DNA of 64,000 nt from Paragordius varius. Taxonomy: Eukaryota > Animalia > Nematomorpha. The DNA lies in contig OZ176050.1 of NCBI GenBank assembly GCA_964247055.1, positions 7,998,001 to 8,062,000 on the forward strand, in the 5' to 3' direction. The translations under genes were made by a program, and so were the position numbers. Shown piece by piece: positions 28,761 through 39,200 of this stretch (its first letter is position 1; every line of letters starts with the position of its first letter). The notes beneath the pieces were generated by a model. The model searched no databases. It saw only the letters and a list, made by a program, of their open reading frames with translations, and was not told the DNA's origin.

Positions 28761-28916
28761 ATCTAAGCTCTATAAAACATATATGAGCATCTTAAAAATT
28801 GGTCAATTAAAACCAAAAGTCATATATTTGAGTTTACTACCTCCTGGAACTGACTGTGCCCAGATCCCAGACGTTTTCCGTAATCCTGTTTAAGTCAAAA
28901 ATTATTCAAAAAAAAT

Positions 28917-29690
28917 TATTTTTACGTTGGCGGGGGTAATTTAAAAAAGGACTTAGTCACTCTCGGCGCATTCGCAAAACATTGAAACGTTAAAATGGGC
29001 CTCTTCGTTTTCGGATTGTGCGCAAAACCAATATTGGTTTTAAAAAACCTTTTTTACACGGGCGGAGCTGGACACAGGGACGAATGCTAAAAAATGGCCT
29101 AGTTACCCTCGGTACTATAAATAAATAATTACCACTTTTGATGAATGAGCCCACACATTTTCCAAAAATTTGTTTCAAGGTTGATCCTATTTTAAAGCAC
29201 CTGTTATCACCATGAGCGGGACAAAATTTTGGGGCTAATTCAAAAAAGAACTTAATCATTGGAGCAATTGCATGACAGTTTAAAAAAAGCTTTATTGAAG
29301 CTTTTTAGAATCGTGTTTTAAAGCCAACACTACAAAAATCCCATTTTTGTATATGCGTGGGAATAAACTGAGGAGCTAAATTAAAAAAAAGGCTAAATCA
29401 CCCTCGAAGCTTCTTAAAACTATAAAAATACAACTATTGAAACTAGATGGATCCACACGTTTTAAACAAACGTCTTTGAAACTTATAATTTTAGGTACTT
29501 CTATTTTTTTAAAAAACAAAAATTTTACACACTGGTAGGGCAAAACTGAGTGCTTAATTCAAAAAAGGGTTTAGTCACTGTCGAAAAGTTTATAAATCAT
29601 TTAATAATTGTAAGTTTTAAATTATAATATACTTCTCCGTTTTCTTCTCTTATTATAGTTACACTGCGTCCAAAATTGGGGGCTATAAAA
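28917..29690 (+). repeat. Degenerate tandem array, five cores plus one partial, period ~145-175 bp
   Basis: Core resembling GCTAATTCAAAAAAGGNNTAGTCACNNTCG recurs near 28940, 29088, 29240, 29385 and 29560. Confidence 0.6.
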
Positions 29691-29799
29691 ATACCTGATA
29701 AATATATATATTCTGATAGGAAAATATATCAATGGTGCCTTTGGTTTTAGTTTACTGAGTGTAAGAAAGTTATTTACACTTTTGTGGTAAGTGCCATAT

Positions 29800-30345
29800 C
29801 AGAAAATGGCAAAATTTGCGCACATTTTTTAAATAAAATTCTTTCAAAGCCAAATGCTTCATTCTAAAATATATCATAAAAACAAACGCAAAAATGCCGG
29901 GATCACGCGATAAAATATTTAAAAATATGATAAATTTTGCCATCCAAATTTTTTAATGCATACTTTTTACAAAAATCCATTTTTTAGCGAAATTTTATTG
30001 AAGCGTACTTCACACTATTTTTAAGCATGATTGATATGGTACAAAAACGCTTTTAGATAATATAAAAACACTTTTTCTACATAATTTGATGATGCTGAAC
30101 TATTTATCGCTTCAGAATTTTCGTTTTATTAAAAAACACAATCTATATTTGACATAAGTTTAAGAACGAACCAATATTTAAACCATTCTCAGGTGTTTGA
30201 AATATTTAGCTACATCAAATTATAGAAAAAGTGTTTGTTTTAAAATATCTAAAAGCGTTTTTACACCCTTTTATCATGCCTAAAAATTTTATGTATTCGC
30301 TATACACAATAATTTAAAGTATGCATTTTAAAAAATAGTTTTCTC
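29800..30345. repeat. Family D copy 3 followed by an inverted partial copy (decayed foldback)
   Basis: 30019..30105 is the reverse complement, with mismatches, of 30200..30290 (AAAAACGCTTTTAGATA / TATCTAAAAGCGTTTTT). Flanking AATGCATACTTT / AAAGTATGCATT blocks also mirror each other. Confidence 0.6.
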
Positions 30346-30880
30346 TTCAAAAATTTTAATAAATTGAAGCGAAAATGTTCGGCATAATCGAAATAAATTT
30401 TATAGAAAACGTGTTTTTATAATCTATTGAAGCTTATTTCGTTTCTACCAGGACTTAATGTACGTTTCAACATAATTTTGCTCAAACAAATATTTAAAAA
30501 AAGTATGCATTTTTCAAAAAATATTTTTAGTTAATAAATTAAGCATATTATATTTAAAATTTTTACCCCGCAAACCCGGCATTTGTGTGTTTTAAGACAA
30601 CTCGACTATTTTATAAGAGTGAAAAAATCGGGACTTTCGGAGCAACGTCAAAAAATTAAATTTTGATAAAATATTGTTTTGCCTTTACTATGTAGCTCAT
30701 GATATATTTTAGCGATATTTTTTATAATGAGAATATTCTTCGGGCAAAATAATTTGTTAAAAAATATAGGCATTTCACCATTTTCTTAAATGGATTGATG
30801 CAAAAGTGTTGATAACTTTTGTAATCATTCGTAAGGACCAAAACCAAGACATCATGGTATAATGATACATTTTCCTATCA

Positions 30881-30883
<3 letters not shown>

Positions 30884-30914
<31 letters not shown>
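30884..30914. repeat. (AT)n microsatellite ~200 bp upstream of the MVD start
   Basis: AT run seen directly. Confidence 0.95.
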
Positions 30915-30916
<2 letters not shown>

Positions 30917-31117
30917 AGAAATTTTTTGTGTTTGTGTATATATCGCAAATCAATAGCTTTAATTTTTTAAATTAAGATGAACAAATTAAATAAATTAGGA
31001 TATTTATAGCATTCTATACTATATAGATTATATATAAGCTAAAATAATATAAATTACCCATATGAAAATTAATGAAATATAATTTGATCATATGTTCAAT
31101 TATTTTCGCCTTTTCCC

Positions 31118-32875
31118 ATGCCTTTTTTAAATAAATCGCTGTCAGAGCTAACTTACGATGATAACTTTATTGTTATAAACGTTAAGGCTCCTATTAATAT
31201 TGCTTTAGTCAAATATTGGGGCAAACGTGACAATGCTAAAAATTTTCCTTCAAATGATTCCCTAAGTTTGACGATTGATACCAACGATATTTTTACGCAC
31301 ACAACATTGGTTATGGGACCTGAATCTGAGCTTAAACAGGATCGCTTTTGGTTAAATAAACAAGAAATTGTATTATCCGGTGATTCTGGCAAAAATAAAA
31401 AAATTAAATTTTATTGCGATAGGTATAGAGAATACACCAATATGAAAGTTTGCTTTTGGATAGTTTCGCAAAATAATTTTCCTACAGCCGCGGGATTAGC
31501 CTCATCCGCATCAGGCTTTGCTGCTCTTATAACGTGTTTTTCTCGTTTATTCCATAATCCGTCAATAAAATATAATAGTAAAGAAAATTTACTACTTACG
31601 CAAATATATTCTGAAAAAGAAATATCCAGTTTTTCTTCTACGTCGCTTTTTGGTTCAGGTAGTTCATGTCGAAGTTTTTTTGGGGGTGCTGTCGAATGGA
31701 AAACAACGGTCGAAAATGATGAAACTTTGAGTTGGGCGCAACCTATAGCTAAACAAGCTTTGTTTGATGATTTGAAAATTATCATATTAGTAACCAGACC
31801 AAATCCCAAATCTGTTGGTAGTACAGAAGGCATGAAATTAACTACTCAAACTAGTCAATTATTGAAATATCGTGTCGATCACATCGTTAATGACAGATTG
31901 GATGTTATAAAAAAATTAATCAAACATCTTGATAACCCTAAACCAAATATTTTTGGCACTAAATACAGCGATTTGTTTAAGATTATCATGATAGAAAGTA
32001 ATCAATTACAAGCCGTTTGTAGAGATACCTTCCCATCTATCATATATTCCACTGCCGATTCAGATGCAATCATTAATACAGTCACATTGTATAACCAAAT
32101 TTTTACCGATTGCATGCAACGTTCAAACCTATTATCAAATGGGGATGCCGATGGTTACATTACAACAACTCAGGAACAATTATATCCTGTACCATATTTT
32201 ATTTTATTTATTTAAAAATTGGAGAAATAGGGAAATATTTGATTTTGGATAACAGTTTGCTATAAGAATCATTTTTGCAATATAATATTTTAAGTCATAA
32301 TATTACCTCTCTTTTAGTAGTTAGCATGGGAGACACTATGCATATTTTAAAGTTTTATTAAACAAGAAAGATTTTTTACATTTTTAAAATAATAAAATTA
32401 TACAAACTTTGATGATATCAATCTAAATATTGTGTTAAATTTCGGTTTTAAACTCAATATAAAACATTCATAATTGTTGATTAATTTGCCCATAAAATAC
32501 ATTTAAATTTTTTAGGTGGGTTATTCATTTGACGCTGGTCCAAACGCATTTATATTTTTACACAATGATCACGTCAAACCTTTCGTCAATGTCATTTTAA
32601 AACGTTTTAAAGTCAACGAAAACACATGTAAAAAGGTAGAAACAAAATTAGAAAGCTGTATGAACCCTACGGCACATCAATCTCAAGAAAAATGGACAAA
32701 GTTTGTTCAGGAATTGGAAAAAACCGTAATCTCATTATGCGACGAATCTAATCAAAACTATCTTTGTGATATAATTATAACCAAAGTGGGAACGGGACCG
32801 GTTATACTCAACGATGCATCATCTTGCCTCATTGATATAAATGAATTACCTAATTTAAAATTTGTGCACCAATAA
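31118..32875 (+). CDS. MVD: Diphosphomevalonate decarboxylase; exons 31118..32188 and 32516..32875, ~476 aa
   Basis: GHMP/MVD motifs NIALVKYWGKRD, NNFPTAAGLASSASGFAAL, GSGSSCRS, KSVGSTEGM and YSFDAGPN. Phase-0 intron CCT|gtacca...tttttag|GTG (327 nt). The donor is weak, so the exact junction is less certain. Confidence 0.93.
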
Positions 32876-33125
32876 AATTAATACTATTATCTAATTTATT
32901 ACTAAAAAAATTTTTTTCACAAATACCATATGTGTGCAGAATAATATAATGAAAAAAAATGCGTTGTTAAGTTTGTTGAGATAATGATAAAAATAGTAGT
33001 AAATTATCTAACCACATATTGTGTAGTAATAAATGCACTAAATAAAATGTATATCACGGATATATGGTATATCAATCAAAGTCATAAATGATAAGATATA
33101 ATGTAGCTTAAGTATGGAATCGTTC

Positions 33126-34821
33126 TCAATAAATAAAAATGTTTGCATCACTATATCCTAGTTTCTCAAGTGCCGGTTTTACAGCAAATTTTATCATAGG
33201 GGGTGGACCACAGGCTAAAATAAGGGTCCCAATGTCTTCTACCTTTGATGTCGAGTCACCGGAAGCGGCCTGTTTCACATCCGTCTTTTCTGGATATTTT
33301 ACATCTAAATTCTTATCATTCGTCTCGGCAGGACTGACTGGTTCATTAATCTTGCCTGCGTTCACAATGGTAGGTGGTGGAGGTAAATGTGTAGATATCA
33401 TTGTTGCATTAACATACCCTGTATCGTAAGACCATGTTGTTTTTTCATCAATCAATTTATCAACCGTATACCTATAATAGGAGAAAAATGTAGTCTATTA
33501 TATCTTAAACTTTAATAATACTCAACACATTTTTTAAACCAACACCTTTTCAAATTAAACTCAATACTTAATAAATAATTTTTAGAATAATTAGCATTTA
33601 TAAGGACAAAACCTTCGAATTATATTGATATGATGAAAAAGAGTTGAGTATTTTATTCATAATTAGAAAACTGTAAATTTAGAATGAAAAATGTATATAA
33701 TTAAAATTAAGGAAAGTAATACCATATTCTAAATCGGTCTGGGAATTTTTTGGCCAAGGCTTCAAGTTCATCCCGTATCAAAATGTCTTTTTCAGTTTGA
33801 TTCGCAAATATTAGGTCGAAAGTCATGTGTTTATTGGCAGGTGTTGGATGATGTAACACAGCCTGTAACAATTGATACATTGGAGTAATTCCTAAATAAA
33901 TTGTTTCATACATACATGCATATAAACACTGTGTGCAAAATAGAGGATTAATTTATTTGATAAAAAAATTTCTCATAGCGTATGACCAGAAATTACATAT
34001 ACCGCAAAAATTTTAATTTGTTGACGACCTTGTTTTTAAATTAATGAGAGAAAATCAAAATTGGGCAAAAAGTGAAAATTTAGGATAATTAAGGATAGAA
34101 CTTGAGATAATATAATTTATTATTATTTTAATAGATATTTTCAATTTATAAATCTATAAATCATATAGTTGATGTTTTATTAACATCAAACAATCGTGTT
34201 TTTCCTTCATCATAATCAACAAAAAATTTTTTATGAAACTATATTGAAATTAATTATTTACTAGCTAAACTCACTATTAAAATCTTAATATTTATATTTT
34301 ATTAAATTAAACTTGTTAATAAAAATAAAAAAATAGTGGTTATTTTTTTATCTTATTGTCATCTGGTTAATGAGTGTATAAAAAATGTCATACATTTTGG
34401 AGTCCATGAGCGGGAATAATAAAGTATGTAAATTAATACAAAGACGGATTTGAAAGTTGTGGAATATCAACAAACAATCCGTATAAATTTGTGTAACACG
34501 TTGTTTTAATACAAATTAATATTTTTGCTGGGGTTTGTGCGGATTTCGATATTCCACTACATTGTAAATCCTATTTTGTATTAATTTTATAATTTATGAT
34601 TCTCGCTCATGTAAATTCCATAAAAACAGTAAAATGATTTTAGGCTATATAAATTGTAAATATCTGAAATGATAATAAACCATAATATCTAGCTCTATCA
34701 TTTTTTTTTAATTCTCCTTAATTTTTACTTTTTGCCCAATTTTGATTTCTCATTATTTTAAAAATTAGTTCGGCAAAAAATAAAAAATTTTGCGGCAAAT
34801 GAATTAGCTGTTTTGCGCACA

Positions 34822-34858
<37 letters not shown>

Positions 34859-35902
34859 GCTTATGTAATAAAATGTCATTCATTAAAGGTGCTATAATAT
34901 TTAACAACGATTTTTAGCTGTTTTTTTTATGTGAGAGCCTTTAAATAAAAAGTTAATGGATTTATTAAAAATATATTTCCGCAAACGTAACCATTTTAAT
35001 ATGTTTTTTGTTTTAATGCAATAGTTAACTTGGAATAATTTGAGCGCTAACCTGCATTTATTCAGTTAAATGAAGTAATTAAATAGAATTCTATGAGGCG
35101 AACTTTTCAAATATTTACACTACATCATGTAATTTAAAGTTAGACAAGAATTCCTATCTTATAACTTAAAAATTAAGATATTATCAAATATAGAAAGTTC
35201 ATGAGTTGTTTGGATATTATTATAGAAATAGTGCGACAAAAGGTTTTAACAATATATTATATTTTTTTCAATATAGATAACTGTAAATAGATACCAGTTC
35301 CTCCGGCAATCATTCCGATCCGGTTTGCTTTAACTAATTTTGGTGGAATAAGATTATCTTTATCTTTCCAACTAAGCTTAATAGCAAACTCATTGCCTCC
35401 TAAGTATTTCAATAATCCACTAGGACCTTTAATTTCGATCGTGTCCCCAATATTTAAGTTGTCTAAATGTTGCGACATTTTACCACCTTCCGGGAAATTC
35501 GGATTAACACCTTTTTTATAAACCTTTATTTATAATTTATAATACCTTTATAACTAAATCAAAGTAGCCTTTAGCTTCCTCGAGAGATATTGGCGTGTAT
35601 GGGCGTATAACCTTTTTACCATCGATATCAGCATTCAGATAAATATGATTGCCAATAGGTAACCCCAATGTTAAATTCTCAGGTATTTTAAAGCGAAATC
35701 TATTTTCAACTAATAAATTTTACTTTCTAGTGTCATGACTAACATTTTCTTTTGTATGGAGGTGAACTGTATATTTCATGTTCGGGTCCTCTAAAAAAAC
35801 TTGCTTTCTTTTTTTCAAAATAAAATAATAATAGTAGAGACCACATCCGATGATAGGAATCGATGTTATAGCAACATAAAAATTAGTGGATTTTGTTTTC
35901 AT
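33126..35902 (-). CDS. CYB5R: NADH-cytochrome b5 reductase, membrane-anchored form; exons 35724..35902, 35546..35699, 35295..35523, 33723..33891, 33126..33471 (1077 nt, 358 aa)
   Basis: Motifs [64 protein letters not shown] and CGPPPM, plus an N-terminal hydrophobic anchor. All four introns are GT-AG and the phases (2,0,1,2) sum to a whole number of codons. Confidence 0.95.
33927..34824. mobile_element. Foldback element, copy 2, inside the 1403-nt CYB5R intron
   Basis: Termini CACTGTGTGCAAAA ... TTTTGCGCACAATG|TA. Inner mirror CATGAGCGGGAAT / ATTCTCGCTCATG. Homologous throughout to 21970..23120, with a deletion in the right arm; abuts a (TA)n run at 34825..34851. Confidence 0.8.
35524..35545 (-). 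other. 22-nt GT-AG micro-intron in CYB5R
   Basis: ATAAAG|gtattataaattataaataaag|GTTTAT; removal restores the conserved VIK-VY reading frame. Confidence 0.85.
35700..35723 (-). other. 24-nt GT-AG micro-intron in CYB5R
   Basis: AGAAA|gtaaaatttattagttgaaaatag|ATTTCGC; contains an in-frame TAA, and removal restores SHDTRK-FRF. Confidence 0.85.
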
Positions 35903-36097
35903 TTCCAAAACACGTGCGACAATCTTGTTTACAGTTGTAAATACCCAGTGTATGCAAAAAATAGTTTTGATGAGATGTGTACTTATTTGAAATAGGATAC
36001 CGATAAGATTAATTTTGTAAAACTATATTCTCATTTTATTTTATACAAAACTTATCATTTCCCTAGCGACCCCCGACGCAATTTGGCTTTCACTCAC

Positions 36098-36200
36098 CAT
36101 TGACTGGTGTATGGAAGAGCAGCAAGGGACCTCTTTTGTGGTCAGTGGCGATGGGTCTACTATACCCTTTTCTTGATACACCTTTATGTATTGTCTTTTT
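36098..36200 (-). other. Putative CYB5R upstream exon (5' UTR plus terminal ATG); 5' limit unknown
   Basis: GC-richer island ending ATG|gtgagt at 36098. Acceptor aacaag| at 35923 is in frame with the ATG at 35902. Confidence 0.45.
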
Positions 36201-39200
36201 GCTTTTGTGACCAAAAGTTATTAACACTTAATTACTTTTTAACTTTTTTGTCCTAGTTTACCTTTTGGGGTATTTTTATATCCCTGAGTTTAATTTCGTA
36301 CATAATCAACGGTTTTAAAAGTTATTTTAGAAAAAATTTAACTTTGAAACATTGTTCTCACAGATGAAAAAGGTTATTTTTACAGTTTTGTATCTCGCAG
36401 AATGTAAATTAAAACAGCTTTAAAACACGATTCATACAAACCCGTTATTTAAATTAATATAAGTTTTTATATAGTAAAGACTAAATGCGATTTATTAAAT
36501 AAAAAAATAATATTTTTAATTTTCGGGCGATATAATTTACTCTTTGTCAAATAAAGATTGTATAAAATGGTAATTTCTGTTGCTTATATAGGTGCGGTTA
36601 GGTAATGATGGAAATAAACCAGTTAGATTACACTGGAAAATATTAATTACTTTTTGTTTTAAAAGTTATTTTAGTATATAACTATCAATCATTTCCTCAT
36701 TAATAAGTAAAAAAGCTTATATTTTTTACAATTTTGTGACTTCGAGTCCAAAATTGCGCTCCGAAACACGATTGAAACGAACTTTTGGTATTAAAATCAA
36801 AATATATCAAGTTGTTTCTGAAAATGTAGCCTGAAGCCCTTTTGAAGCTATTTTTATTTACCCATAATATAAATTTATTTGCCTGTTCCAATAGGGGTTG
36901 AAAAAAGTAACAAAAAAATGTCGGCGCAATCGTTTGAGATGAGGATTTAGTTGAAAAATAAAAAAAATTGTATTATGCGACTAAAAGACTATGAAAGCAT
37001 GTTTTTCGGCTCAACTACTTATAAATACTTTAAGATATTCGAATTTTAAATTGCCTTGGGATAAAACTACCAAAAAGTCTTGTAGTGTTGAAAATATTCA
37101 TTGTGTTTAAAAGCAAGACAATGTGTATTTTATCCAATTTTTCATAAGCCACCCATGTTTCGACTCAGCCGGCTATTTAAAACGTGCTAAGATTTTTTAA
37201 GATTTATGCTTGGTTTTTATTGACACCTTTTGCATTAAAGTGTTGGAATTGTTGTGTCACGTTTTATGGAAGATTAAAGATGAGAGAACCCGTATGATTA
37301 AGAATTTGGTAATATTAGAAGCTAGGCGGCCATTGTTTTTGTAAGGCTATTTTTCAGCGTACTACAAACTTGAATAGATTAAATTCAGTGGTACTCAAAC
37401 CGGGCCGTCCCTAAAGTGTTTTAATCACGTTTAAGTTAGTTTTTTATTTAATGAGTACTTATTGACTGATTTGGGTATTTTTAATTTTAACATATTTTTG
37501 TAATTTTATTTCTAGAAAGGATTTCTTGGCCTTTTTAAAGTCATATTATATATTAAACATTGTAATTGGATTGAGAATTCATAAAACCTAAAAAATGTAT
37601 AAATAAGTGATTGCACTTTTTTAATAAATTCCATAATAATTTTGTAAACATAGGGATGACTAAAGTACTTCAGCTTTCTAAATCATCATGTGTTCGAGGT
37701 ATTAAGTAAAGTCTAAATTTATATTTAACTCTACATTAGATTATTAGCTACATATAAATTAGCAGACCTATCTAATCTAGCACTATTTTCAAACCAAAAT
37801 ATGAGCTGTTTTGCGATTTTCTTATGTTAATATACAAAGAATATGTATTTTTCTGTATGGAGGGTTTACGTAAATGTTTGGAATCAATTAGTTGTATCTT
37901 TTTTACAAGCAATTTAAATTATATCTTTTATTATTTTTTCCATCAATAATTTTTGGCTCCACGTGAAAAAAGATAGGGAACTGAAATCAGTTATTAAATT
38001 GTCAATATAGGTACCGTGGTTGTCAAACTTAGAGTCGAAAATACATATTAGGATGTTTACTAGAGTTTAAATATATTTTTTATTTTAAGACAGGAAATAT
38101 TATTGCTTAAAAAGAAGGCAGAAAGTTGACAAAGTCATCAATGGCGAGATGGAAATTAATGGTTTTTCGACATTAGTGTTAAATAATTATTTTTGTCTTA
38201 ATAAATTAGTTTCCAAGCATCAAGGAGAATTATGTTATCGTGGCATATGGATATGCCAAATATGAAAAATTGTGTGATTCGTTTTGAAATGCGCATTAGG
38301 CTATGATTACTATGTCTCATACTAGTTATGTTTCCTATAGCGATTCGCAAACGGTATTCGCCTATTATTTTTCTTTATAATAATAATTTATTTTTAATGT
38401 AACAAATAGGATGGAAGGAAAATGTTCAGACATACAATTAAAGCTAAAAAACACACTCTATGCTCTATTTAAAGGGTAACATATAATATATTTTGTTGAG
38501 TTTCCAATTTTTTGGAGAAAAGCAGATCCGTTTGGATAATTAAAAGATGTTTTAGTTAAAAATATTTTTTTCTACTAATACATTACCTATTATGCCGTTG
38601 CATTTATACACAATCAGATGCAATTTAATAGCTAATTAAATGTTTTTGACAGAGAATCATTATTCATGTTGTGACAAATTTAAGAGTACCTTTTGACACT
38701 AGACTCAGTTTAGATTAATATAAACAAAAAACAGATATTTTTGGATTTTGGCTAAAACGCAAAGCGCTTACTATTTTTTGTTATTAATTAAAGACATTAA
38801 AAAACCAAAACAATGGAGTAGTGTTTCAAAAAACTAAAATTAATTTAAGTTGCTAAATTATTATATATACGAATGATTTATCGTTATTTGACTTAGTTTT
38901 AAAATTTTTATACGGATTTTTAGATAAAATGAGCATGTTCGAATATAGCAAAACCATGAAAACGGTTTCGTTAAACTTTCATTTTTTAGTTAAACTGTTT
39001 TGGTCTTTATGGTTTTTTATATTTAATATAAACATACGGTAAAAAATATAAGGGTTTTATTTTTTGCTTAAAAATTTATAGCCACAATACCTAAAACACC
39101 TGTCTTTTTATTTTTAGAATTTATTTCTGTGAGATGGCGCTTGACCCTAAAATTTTTTAAATTTAGAAAACCTCGACTTTATATAAATAATTGAGCCTCA

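Noticed and set aside
28917-29690. CRISPR-like repeat-spacer appearance
   Set aside because: Cores are highly degenerate, spacers are ~100 bp, no cas genes are present and the context is eukaryotic.
31153-33429. ORFs 31153..31392, 31411..31833, 32064..32252 and 33139..33429
   Set aside because: Shadow frames of MVD and CYB5R.
36061-36180. GC-rich island with local likeness to U6atac (CACTC...TTGAC...ATGGAAGAG) and a U11-like AAAAGGG start on the other strand
   Set aside because: No AAGGAGA box, no AGC triad and no good Sm site; better explained as the CYB5R 5' exon. A covariance-model search would settle it.
37386-37410. hAT-like terminus CAGTGGTACTCAAAC
   Set aside because: No matching opposite end or target duplication found.
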